Made by a program: the position numbers and the translations under genes
In this document: piece by piece, positions 10,426 to 21,919 of the stretch
Numbering within the stretch: the stretch's first letter is position 1
How the letters are laid out: every line of letters begins with the position of its first letter
NCBI RefSeq assembly: GCF_018350175.1
Contig: NC_058368.1
Location: 87,546,001 to 87,610,000, forward strand
DNA length: 64,000 bases
Source: Felis catus
Lineage: Eukaryota
Direction: 5' to 3'
Notes under the pieces: model-generated
What the model saw: the letters and a program-made list of their open reading frames with translations, nothing else
What the model was told of the DNA's origin: nothing
The model's database searches: none

Positions 10426-13170
10426 GCCTGGGTTTCAAGCGGTGACTGGGTAACCACTGGTAGCCTTAATCTGTAGAGATATAAGCATACCCTCTGCCCC
10501 ACACAACAACCTCTCCCTTTTCCCAGTATCCCTTCTCATCTTTCCAATATACCGACTGATGAACAGTCTTCATTCTTTTGCTTGTGCCAGTGTACCTCAG
10601 CAGCAGGATATGTATGGGGTCCTTGTATGTCCAAGAAATGTAAAGTATATAAGGCACGATGTAATTGTTCCCGTGGTGTAAGTCTAAGTCCTTCTTCTTC
10701 TCCCCCTTTTTGTTTAATTAACATATTTTTAAGTACCTGATGAGTGTGTTCTATGATCCCTTGACCTTGAGGGTTATAGGGCATGCCAGTAAGATGAGTA
10801 ATTTGTCAGGCTGCAAAGAAATGGGCCACCTTATGAGATACATATCAGTTTTAATGCATTGTGGGATACCTAGAATTGTAAAGGTTTCAAGAAAATGAGC
10901 AGTAATGTGCATAGCCTTTTCTCCGGTACGTGCTATGGGCCCATATATATCCAGAGAAGGTATCCACAGTAACATGCACATAAGAGAGTTTACCAAAAGC
11001 AGGAATATGGCTAACTTCAGACTGCCAAAGTTCATTTGTCTGTAGTCCATGAGGATTCACTACAGAGATGTATGGAGCCACAGGGAGGGGGTTGCAACAA
11101 GGACAGGCACTATCAATGTCTTTTGACTGAGCGTGTGATATAGCGTGTCTATGGGCAAGTCCTTGAGCATTAGTATGGTGAAGCATATGCTCCTGTTGTG
11201 CCATTTGTAAGGTGCCTTGTAATAAGTCATCAGCAATGGAATTTCCTTAGGCTAATGGGCCAGGAAGGTTAGAATTACTGCGAATATGAGTGATATATGA
11301 AGGGTGTTGCCTATGCCGTATTAATTCTTGTAAATGTAAAAACAGATGATGTAATTCATTTTGTGGAATGATATGTGCAGTTTCAATGTTTAGGATGTTA
11401 ACCATACATATTGTGAATCTGTTACAGTATTGAAGGAGGCAGGTACAGAATGCAACAATTCTTTAATGGATGCTAATTCAGCCTTTTGGGTAGATGTATA
11501 GGGTGTCTTAGAAATAGGACCATGTATAGAAGCTTTACCATGACCATTTCCATCTGTAAAATATGTCTCAGCATCTGCCAAAGGCCAGTCTTGAATTATC
11601 TTTGACCAAATCCATGATGTAACCTTGAGAAATTACAATATCCCTTGGATAGTGATTGTCTAATTTCCCTATGTAATTGGACAAGGCTATTTGCCATTAT
11701 ATATTAGTTTGGTAAGCCACATCAATTTGTTGATATGATAAAGGAATAATTATAGAGGAGGGATCACCACCATTAAGCACATGTAATTGGGATCGGCCTC
11801 TCCAAATTATATTCCCAATTTTATCCAGATGTATGGTAAGAATTTTAGTGTCCTTATTTGGTAAAAACAGCCATTCAATGATTCCCCCATCCTGCTGTAA
11901 GACCGCAGTTGGAGAATGTGGACTAGGAAAAATCAATAATTGATTAGGAACATTAAGTCAAATACGAGTGAGATGACAATTCTGAATATGATTTTCAATC
12001 CATTGGAGGTCAGCCTCTGCCTTTTCTGTGAGGACCCTAGGGCTGTTAAGGTTAGGATCACCGGCTAATGTTTGAAAAAGATGAGATAAGGTTTAAGTCG
12101 GTATTCCCAAAACAGGTTGCAACCAATTTATATCTCCTAGTAACTTCTGAAAATTGTTTAAAGTTTTTTTTTTTTTAATTTTTTTTTCAACGTTTTTTTA
12201 ATTTATTTTTGGGACAGAGAGAGACAGAGCATGAACGGGGGAGGGGCAGAGAGAGAGGGAGACACAGAATCGGAAGCAGGCTCCAGGCTCTGAGCCATCA
12301 GCCCAGAGCCCGATGCGGGGCTCGAACTCACGGACCGCGAGATAGTGACCTGGCTGAAGTTGGACGCTTAACCAACTGCGCCACCCAGGCGCCCCTGTTT
12401 AAAGTTTTTAAATTATCTCAGAGTATTTGTACTTTTTGGGGAATGATTGTTGCCTTGTGAATTTTTGCACCAAGATAAAGGAAGGGATCTTGGGTTTGAA
12501 GATTATCCTCTGCTATTATTAGGCCATATTTGGGTAACAATAATCAAGCAGCCTGATAAAGATCTTCTACCGGTGTAGGGGTTTTTGCAGCAAAAAGATT
12601 ATCATCCATGTAATGGATAATCAATGCCTGTGGAAACTGAATGTGTAATTGTGAAAGCAGCTGATTAACAAAATGCTGACACATAGTGGGGCTATTAAGC
12701 ATACCTTGTGGAAACACTTTCTGTTGATAGCGTTTCACAGGAGCCATATGATTGTATGAAGGTACACAAAAAGCAAATGTTTCTCTATCATCTGGCTGTA
12801 TTAGAGTTGTGAAGAAAACAATCTTTTAAATCTACTATAATTAATGACTGGTTCTGAGGAATCATAGTAGGAGAAGGGAGCCCAGGTTGCAAAGCTCCCA
12901 CAGGTTGTGTAACCTCATTTACCTTTCTTAAGTCAGTCAACATTCTCCATTTTCCAGATTTTTTCTTTACCACAAACACAGGAGAATTCCATGGACTGGT
13001 GGACATTTCTACATGACCTGAATCCAATTGTTCTTGCACTAATTGCTTTAAAGCCTCTAATTTCTCCTTCAGAAGGGGCCACTGTTCCACCCACACCAAG
13101 GAAGATGTTAACCATTTTAATGGTAAAGCATAACGTTGTTCAGAAACAGTGGCCCTTACGCTAAATTTGG
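10397..13170 (-). pseudogene. pol: pol (RT, RNase H, integrase), disrupted
   Basis: [58 protein letters not shown]...CPCC zinc finger, [27 protein letters not shown] slippery heptamer at 13162-13168. Confidence 0.95.
12169..12395 (-). mobile_element. Young felid-type Can-SINE (SINEC_Fc-like) inserted in pol
   Basis: CpG-rich, close to consensus; TSD TGTTTAAAGTTTTT at 12155-12168 and 12396-12409. Confidence 0.97.
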
Positions 13171-14112
13171 ATTCTGTACAGGATATCCCAGTCCCATATA
13201 AGGAGACCGCATTTCAGCAGCAATTGGTTCCAAATGCCCATTTGCTTGTTGTCCAAGCCCTATTAATGGATTATAATTCATTTTGGACATCATATTGGTT
13301 GCAGCAGGGGAACATAAGGAATATTAATATATGTTCCCCTTTGACTTAATAGGTCTCTTCCCCACAGATTAATAGCTATATCAGTAACATAAGTCTGGAT
13401 AGTAGCAGCCTGGCCTTCAAGCCCTTTACATAGAAAAATTTCAACACTCTGTTGGATATCAGTAGCTTTTCCTACACCTGTAAAGACTGTGGATACAGGT
13501 CGAAGTGGCCAATTCTTAGGCCAAAACTTAGAAGCAATGATGTTGACATCAGCTCCTGAGTCTACCAGGCCAGTAAACAACTTTCTATTAATTTGTAAGG
13601 TCATCTCAGGCCTTCTGTCCTTCAGAAATGTTTGCCAAAATACCTGTTTGTTGGTAGATCCAAACCCTCCCTGTCATTCTACGGGCATGGAATTTAAAGC
13701 AATGTAAGGCAACAATAGTTGGGCAATTCGATCTCCTGCCGTGACACTATAAGGGACAAAAGTACTAATAATTACTAAAATTTCATCCTTAAAATCAGCA
13801 TCTATAATTCTTAAGTGGACACGAACTCCCTTGTATGTAAGACTACTTCATCCAGTAAGAAGGCCAATGGACCCTGCAGGAAGAGGGCCATAAATCCTAG
13901 TTTTAACCTTATAAATTCCCATGGAGGGTTCGAGGACCAGAGAATCTGGAGCAGGGATATCTAATGCAGCGCTCCCTCATGTGGCATGGAGGAGGTCACG
14001 GACAGATGTGCATGATAAGCCCTGTTGCTCACAGGATAACAATGTGGAATCTGATCCCCCATATTGTTTATATTCGGACCCTTGTAGGGGGGAGGGCATT
14101 ATCCTGTTTCCC
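13155..14112 (-). pseudogene. pro: pro: dUTPase plus aspartic protease, disrupted
   Basis: GSAALDI, GPLPAG, IIDADFKDEI, GDRIAQL, GGFGST; LVDSGAD, NLWGRDLL; GGGAAAC slippery site at 14106-14112. Confidence 0.93.
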
Positions 14113-15762
14113 CAACCTAGATGTCAGGGGAGCTCCATTCTTATGGAATTTCGATCTACATTGATTTGCAAAATGGTAGCCTTTATTGCACTGGGGGGCA
14201 TAACCTAGGAGGTTTAGTATTTTGTTCTGGGGGCCATGGTAGATCATGGGGATTGTTCCGACTAGGCTGTTGACAATCCCTTTTATAATGTCTCAATTTG
14301 CCACAGCGAAAACACTTGGACTGTTTGCAAGGTCCAGTACCTTGAATAGCCACTGCCAGTAGCCCCATTTTATAGACCTCTCAGCCAATATCTTGACAGG
14401 CCTTTCAATAATCAGTAAGTCACCTCCTTGAGCCTTCACTGGGTGTAAAGTTTGTTGGCATTTATTAGCATTATCAAAAGCCAGCAGTTGTAAGAGGAGA
14501 TCCTGTGAACCTGCCTGAGAAACAGTTTTTATAATAACATCCTTTAGTGGAGCGATGAAATCTCCATTGGGCTCGTTAGGACTCTGTTTGACTTGAACAA
14601 AAGAAGGTGTAGCCTGTCCAGGGGTAGCTTTTTTCTCCAAGGCATTAAGGCAGCACAATCTAACTTGTATCACTGCTTGATCATCATACTGAAGCTGAAC
14701 CTGTGTGCCAAATCCTTGTTCAGTTCCGATACATTGTTCTTAGGTAATAGGCACCAGAGGATTTGTTGCAGCATTACACCGGGCCTGTATCTGTGCTTCT
14801 TCATCCCACCAAGTTCTAAATTGCAAAAATTCAGAAGCATTTAAGACAGTGCAACCTAGCACCTCCCAAATCCCATGGAATGAGTCTCTCTGAATTTGCT
14901 AAACCAGACACCAATCCCAATGTATAGGGGGAATTAACACCATATTTTGTTTCAAATGTTTCAAACAAGCCTGTTTCAAATCCTTAATGACTTTAAAACT
15001 TAAAGGAACATAATCAAATCATTGCCCTCCCTGAGGGCTGCTGATTAGGAGGAATTTGGGTAATGTTGACAGGATAAACTGCAGGCAAACTAGCAGGCAT
15101 TCAGTGTCCCCTGCAGGCATAGCTTGTTGAAGCATCTGCATCATGGGGGAAACAGGAACTGTGATGCTCTGAGTGGAAGTATCAATAAATGTTTGTTTTT
15201 TTCTGTTTTGTTTTTTTGTTTTTTTTTAATAAGTGGAATATTTAGTTTCTGTAAAAGGGTTGACCAGCTCAGGGCCATGGGGTAGTGCGAGAGGCAGGGG
15301 AGCAGAAGCTTGAACTGCAACTATCTCTTGGCCATTAACCCAGGGGCCTGTAGATTTCTGTTCCTGCGGTGGTGGGAGTAGGAGCTTGGGCTCTGAGTCC
15401 TCATTATCTACAAGCTCATGATCACTTTCACCCATGAGGGGTTGCAGGGACCAATGCCCCCTTCTTACCTGAATTCTGACTGCAAGGGCTGTAAAGCCAG
15501 GGAAATTAAATTACATTAAGACCATACAGAGAGAGGGATTACTTCTCCTTGTTGATGAGCACGGTCCAAAGCATGTAAAACCAAATTCCATCGTTTCTGA
15601 TTCAAAGCATTTCTGCCAGAGTGCGTAAACCTATAACAATGTTTCTTCACTAAATAAAACAAACCCTCAAACCCGAAATGTTTCACTTTTATCCCTGAGC
15701 TCTTTAATAGAGTCTGCAAGAGCTGAATATGTGAGTTATAATTAGATGAGGTGAATCCCCAT
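14070..15762 (-). pseudogene. gag: gag (MA, CA, NC), disrupted
   Basis: ATG at 15762 directly after donor GGTAAGT; MG(FTSS)..LLQTLLKSSGIKV; MHR VKQSPNEPNGDFI; zinc knuckle CFRCGKLRHYKRDC. Confidence 0.92.
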
Positions 15763-15872
15763 ACTTACCCTGCAGAAATCCCGAAGGATGAGCTTCCCCG
15801 GCTCTAAAGGGATCTAAAGTTCCCTTCATTCCCTTGGCATTTCTTCAGCATGCTGCACACTTCCACCTTCAG

Positions 15873-15890
15873 GTACCGGTTCCGGTACCA
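15873..15890 (-). promoter_or_regulatory. Primer binding site, degenerate tRNA-Lys3 type
   Basis: TGGTACCGGAACCGGTAC 2 nt after the 5' LTR versus canonical TGGCGCCCGAACAGGGAC (13/18 match). Confidence 0.75.
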
Positions 15891-15892
15891 GC

Positions 15893-16275
15893 TGTAGAGA
15901 GACAGGTCCTAAAGGTGCAGTGATGAGAGAATTGGAAAGCAGGGGGCTAAGACTCTCCAGGAGCTGAAGCATCGGTCCACTGGATCAAGCCTCTTTTATT
16001 TTTGCAAATTGTCTGATAACAGCAAGCACATACAACATAGTATTTGGCATCTTGACAGGTCCTGCACCTGCAGTGTATTCCATACTGGGTGGTGAGTACT
16101 TCTGACACCACACAAAACATTCTTGCCAGGCCTGGCACCAATATGATGTCCTTCTGGAGACAGCGAGAAGCCCTGGCAGCCTTCTATCCTGGGAATGAAA
16201 CTGCTTTCAGTTTCTTGCTGCTCTGTCCCTTTCTTTCAGGACATTCTTATGGTGCCTCCAGCTTGTTCTGCAACA
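15893..16275 (-). repeat. 5' LTR of the provirus
   Basis: TG...CA termini; homologous to 8109-8494. Confidence 0.95.
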
Positions 16276-16431
16276 AAAAAGCAAGACTGATCTGTATGCT
16301 GCCAACTAGAGACTATTTTCAGACCTAAAGGCTCATGCAGATTGAAAGGAAAGGGATGGAAAACATTTGCCAAGCAAATCAAAACAAAAAGAAAGCTGGG
16401 GTAGCAATGCTTATATCAAACAAAATAGATT

Positions 16432-16519
16432 ATATATTTTTTATTTTTAATTGTTTAATTTTTTTTAATTTTTTATTTTTGAGAGAGAGAGAGAGAGACA
16501 GAAAGTGAATGGAAGAAGG

Positions 16520-16553
<34 letters not shown>

Positions 16554-16678
16554 TTCGAAGCAGGTTCCAGGCTCCCAGCTGTCAGCACAGAGCCCAATGC
16601 AAGCCTCAAACTCACAAACTGAGATCATGACCTGAGCCAAAGTTGGACACTTAACTGACTGAGCCACCCAGGAACCCC
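16432..16678 (-). mobile_element. Can-SINE
   Basis: TSD AAACAAAATAGATT at 16418-16431 and 16680-16693. Confidence 0.93.
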
Positions 16679-17627
16679 TAAACAAAATAGATTTTAAAAC
16701 AAAGACTGTAATAAGAGACAAAGAAAGACACTACATAATCATAAAGACAAAAATCCAATAAGATATAACAACAGTAAATATTTATGCATCTAACATGGGA
16801 ACACCCAAATAGATAGGCAACTAATAGCAAACATAAAGGAAGAAATCAATAGTAATACAATAATAGTAAGGGACTTTAATACCCACTTTCATCAATGAAT
16901 AAATCATCCAGACAGGAAACCAACAAGAAAATGGTGGCTTTGAAAGCACATTGAACCAGGTAGATCTAACAGGTATACTCAGAAATTTTCATCCCCAAAC
17001 AGCAGAAAACTCATTCTTTTCAAGTGAACATCAAACATTTTCCAGAATAGATCATATGCTATTCCACAAAACTAGTCTCAATAAAGTAAAAAAGATTGAA
17101 ATAATGCCACATATCTTCTCTGACCACAATGGTAAGAAACTGGAAATCAACCACAAGAAAAATGTATGGAAAAAAAATACAAACATGGAGATTAAATAAT
17201 CTTCTACCAAATAGTGAATGGTTCAATCAAGAAATTTAAAAAATGCATGGAAACAAATAAAAATAAAAACACAATAATCCAAAAATCTTTGGGCTGCAAC
17301 AAAGCTGTTCTAAAATGGAAGATTATAGCAACACAAGTCTACCTAAAAAAGCAAGAAAAATCTCAAATAAGCAATTTTACCTTACCTTACACCTACAGGA
17401 ATTAGAGATTAAAAAAAAAAATAACAACAACAAAGTCAAAAATAAAATAAAATAAAATAAAATAAAATAAAATAAAGTCCAAAGCCAGAGGAAGAAGAGA
17501 AATAAATATTAGACCAGAAATGAATGAAATAGTTCATTATTTTCAAAAAAAGTTCAAGGAAACTAGGAACTAGTTCTTTCATAAGATCAACAAAATTGAT
17601 AAATCTTTAGCCAGACTCATAAAGAAA

Positions 17628-17666
17628 AGATAGATAGATAGATAGATAGATGATAGATAAATAGAT
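17628..17666. repeat. (GATA)n microsatellite
   Basis: Direct repeat. Confidence 0.85.
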
Positions 17667-20600
17667 ATGGCTCAAGTCAAATAAAGAATAAAAGAGGAAA
17701 AATAAAAACAAAACATCACAGAAAACAAACAATAATAAGAAAATATTATAAAAAAATTATATGCTAACAAATTAGCCAACGTAGAATAACTGGTTAGATT
17801 TCTATAAACATTTCACCTCCCAAAACTGATAAGGAACAAATAGAAAATTTGAGCCTATTACTAGCAGTGAAATTGAATCAGTAAACAACAATAAAAAGTC
17901 CTGGGCCAGATGGCATCACAGGCAAATTCTACCAAACATTTAAAGAATAGTTAACACCCATTCTTCTTGAACTATCCAAAAAACTGAGGAGGAATGAAAG
18001 CTGAATTTGTTCTACATGGCTAATATTACCTTCTTGCTAAAACCCGGGGGAAAAAACCCTACAAAGAAAGAAAACAAACTACAGGCCAGTATCTGATGAA
18101 CATAGATGCAAAATCTTCAGCAAACAAACAAAAAAAAATATTAACAAACCGATTCCAATAATACATTTAAAAACTTATTCACCACCATGAAGTTGGATAT
18201 TTTCCAGGCGTGTGAGAGTGTTCAATATTTTAAATGTTCAAAAATCACTCAATGTGATACACCACACAACAAGAACCAGATGATCATTTCAATAAATACA
18301 GAGAAAGCATTTGACAAACTATCACCTCATGATAAATACTCTAACAATGTAGGTTTAGAAGGAACATACTTCAACATAATAAAGGTCATATATGAAAAAC
18401 TCACAGCTATGATTATATTCAATGGTGAAAAATTAAGGGTTTTTCCAGCTAAGCTAGGAACAAAACAGTGATATCCACTCTTATTAATTTTATTCAACAC
18501 AGCACTGGAAGTCTTAGCCACAGCAACCAGACAACACAAAGAGACAAAAGACATCCAAATCAGTAGGAAGAAGTAAAATTTTCACTCTTGTGGAGAATAT
18601 GATATTATATATAGAAAACATGAAAGACTCCTTCAAAACACTGCTAGAATTGTTGAACAAATTCATTAAAGTCACAAAATAAATGTACAGAAATCTGTTG
18701 CATTTCTATATACCAATAATAAAGCAGAAAAAAGAGAAATTAAGAAATAAGCCCATTCACAATTCCACCAAAAATAATAAGATACTAGGAATAAACCTAA
18801 TGAAAGAGGTAAAAACCTGTACTCTTGAAACTATAAAAAAAAAAAAAAACCTGATAAAAGAAATTGAAGATGACACAAAGAAATGGAAAAACATTCCATG
18901 CTTATGGATCAAAAGAATAAATATTCTTGGGGCAAGGGGCCAAGATGGCAGAAAACCATGGAAATGTTTTGTGTGTCTCTCATCCCTAAAATGCAGCTAG
19001 ATCGACATTAAACCATCTTGCACACCTAGAAAACTGATTTAAGGTTTAACAACAATATGCATAACCTGAACCACAGAACTCGCAAGGTACATAGTGCAGA
19101 GAAGAGAACTGGGGGAGAGAAAAGCCACAGAGAGCAGGGAGCTGTATTTGCTTGCAGAAAGAGGATGGAGACAGGGGGAGAGTACAGAAAATATCCTTCA
19201 CCCCTGCTTGAAAGCAGCTGGAGAGAAAAGAAAGAGTATGCAAGGGGCTGAACAAAAAAGGAGAAAGGAGAGTTTAAATTCCATGAGGTCTCTATAAACA
19301 GGGGAAGTGCAGAGTCTGAAACTCTGCAGCTCAATACCTGGCAGTGCTCTGGTGGGAAGGGTGAACCCCAGGAGCAAAAAGTGAGGTACGAGGCATCCTC
19401 AGGCCACATAGGGAGAGGCGGTTCCCCCACTAGGAGGACATTTGGTAGAGGCTTTGCTGCGTCCCTACAGGCAAAGGTCCCAGCAGACCCTGGAGACCAA
19501 CCACATTCCCTGGTGTTGGAATAAGGACATTAAAGGTGGAGCTTGGTGCCAGATGTGTATTGTGATTTGCCATAATCCCTGAAATGCTGATGCTATACAA
19601 TCACACTAACGTTTTTTAGGGAACGCTGATACTGCTCACAGTCTCTGGGCAGTGGCAGTGGCAGTGGCAGGGTGGGCAAATATTCCTGGGGGTGGGCCGG
19701 CAAGTGGCCATTGCTCAGCACTCCCTTACCCCAGAGAGTCAGAGTGGGTCAAAGCTGCAGTCTCTTAGAAGTGGGGGGGTTGAGAAACATAACCTCATCT
19801 GAGATAAAACTCAGGATGGAGGTGCCTCATGGCAGACTGACAGCTTGGTCACAGACGATGTAGAAGTGGGAAACGGACAGAAGCTGGAGACCAAGGAGAT
19901 GTGCTTGATTGCTGGTTGGGAGAGCACAGAGTTCTGATACTAGAGACTGGGTAGCTAAGTGATGCCATTTTTACCCCTCCTGCATATTAGCATACATGCC
20001 TACATGTGCCACAATCCATACCAGTAACCTAAACAGCATCACCTAGTGGAGAATGGATCCATTACATTAAACCCCGCCCAACTGGGCCAACTGAGCTCTT
20101 CAGGAACACCACAAGTCTCTCCTCCTGCGTAGTCTACAGACTATAAAGTGCTTCATAGTTTTGTTATTTTTTTTCCTAGGAGAAACTGGATGTAATTTCA
20201 ATCATATTTGATTCTGTTCACTGCTCCATGTACTCAACTTGTTTTCTTATCTTATTCTTAAATACAGAAAGAGAAAAATATTATTTTTATTTTCCATTTT
20301 TTATTAAAAATTTTTTCCTTTAATTTTTTCTACTATATTTTTTTACTTTTTTGTAAACTTTTTATATTCTATTTTACTTCCATCATTTCATTTTATTCTA
20401 TTTTATTGTATTCATATCGTCAAATTTTCAAACATTTTCTATTTGTCCTTTTTTTCCTTTTCTTATCCTTCCCTTTTATCACTAATCTATCAAGTTTCTT
20501 TCAACAACCACACAAAAACACACGTAAGATCTAGTATCCTTTATTTGATTTTTCTTGTGCTGTTTTTAATTAATTTTTTCTTTACTTTATTAATTCATTT

Positions 20601-21412
20601 TCTTCCTTCAAAATGACAAAACGAAGGAATTCACCCCAAAAGAAAGAACAGGAAGTAATGACAGCTAGGGACTTAATCAACACAGATACAAGAAAGATGT
20701 CTGCACCATAATTTAGAATCACGATAATAAGAATACTAGCTGGGGTTGAAAATAGATTAGAATCCCTTTATGCTGAGTTAAATAAGTAAAAACTAGTAAG
20801 GATGAAATAAAAAATGGTATAACTGATCTGCAATCTTGAATGGATGCCAGGGCAGCAAGGATGGATGAAGCAGAGCAGCGAATCAGCGATATAGAGTACA
20901 AACTTCTAGAGAATAATGAAGCAGGAAAAAAAAAAGAGGGAGACTAAGGCAAAATAACACGATACAAGAATTAGAGAACAAGTAACTCATTAAAAAGGAA
21001 TAACATCAGAATCATAGGGGTCCCAGAAGATGAAGAGAGAAAAAGGGGTAGAAGGTTTATTTGAGTAATTCATAGCAGAAAACTTTATAACCTGGGGAAA
21101 GACACAAACATCCAAATCCAGGGAGCACAGACAACTCCCATTAGATTCAACAAAAACCGACCATCAACAAACATATCACAATCAAATTCACGAAATACAC
21201 AGACAAGGAAAAATTATGAAAGCAGCAAGGAAAAAAAAAGTCCTTAATCTACAAAGGAAGACAGATCAGGTTTGCAGCAGACCTACCCACAGAAACTTGG
21301 CAGGCTAGAAAGGAATGGCAGGATATGTTCAGTATGCTGAATTGGAAAAATATACAACCAAGAATTCTTTATCCAGCAAGGCTGTTATTCAAAATAGAAG
21401 TAGAGATAGAGA

Positions 21413-21640
21413 GGGGCTCCTGGGTGGCGCAGTCGGTTGAGCGTCTGACTTCGGCTCAGGTCATGATCTTGCGGTCTGTGAGTTCGAGCCCTGCATTGGG
21501 CTCTGTGCTGACAGTGCAGAGCCTGGAACCTGCTTCGGATTCTGTGTCTCCCTCTCTCTCTGCCCCTCCTCCGCTCATGCTCTGTCTCTCTCTTTCTGTC
21601 AAAAATAAATAAAACATTAAAAATTTTTGTTTTTTAAAAA
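21413..21640 (+). mobile_element. Can-SINE
   Basis: TSD AGAAGTAGAGATAGA at 21396-21410 and 21641-21655. Confidence 0.95.
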
Positions 21641-21919
21641 AGAAGTAGAGATAGAAAGTTTTCTAGACAAACAAAAACTAAAGCAGTTTGTGACCACTAA
21701 ACCAGGCTGACAATAAATTTTAAAGGGGACTCTCTGAAGGGAGAAAAAGGTGAAGATCATACTGTGCATATTTTCAGAAGACAACACTATGAAACTCAAA
21801 ATCAACCATAAGAAAAGACATGGAAAGACCATGGATACTTGGATATTAGAGAACATCATACTAAAGAATGAGTGGGTTAATCAAGAAATTAAGGAAGAAA
21901 TTAAAAAGGACATGGAAAA

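Larger units (their letters stand above)
8109..16275 (-). mobile_element. Full-length defective class II (betaretrovirus-like, HERV-K/HML-2-like) provirus
   Basis: Paired ~385 bp LTRs, 6-bp TSD AAAAAG (8103-8108, 16276-16281), Lys-type PBS, PPT AAAAAGGGGGAGA, gag-dUTPase/pro-pol-env order; L1 ORF2 resumes seamlessly after it. Confidence 0.97.
4890..18928 (+). mobile_element. Old carnivore LINE-1 (L1#1): 5' UTR, ORF1 (~6387-7320), ORF2 from ~8013; interrupted by the provirus and SINEs, 3' part cut at L1#2
   Basis: L1 5' start AAGATAGCAGAGTAGGAGGATCCTAAGCTCACC; ORF1 KLKEFITTKPALQEMLKG; ORF2 EN/RT fragments (FSRIDHML, EKAFDK); many stops and frameshifts. Confidence 0.9.

Noticed and set aside
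9884..10453. 189-aa antisense ORF over env (ASP/HBZ-like?)
   Set aside because: No recognisable motif, mirrors an open stretch of env and crosses a post-insertion frameshift; would need conservation in the family consensus
15190..15228. T-rich insert in gag as a separate element
   Set aside because: No clear TSD or body; cannot be distinguished from an expanded A-tract
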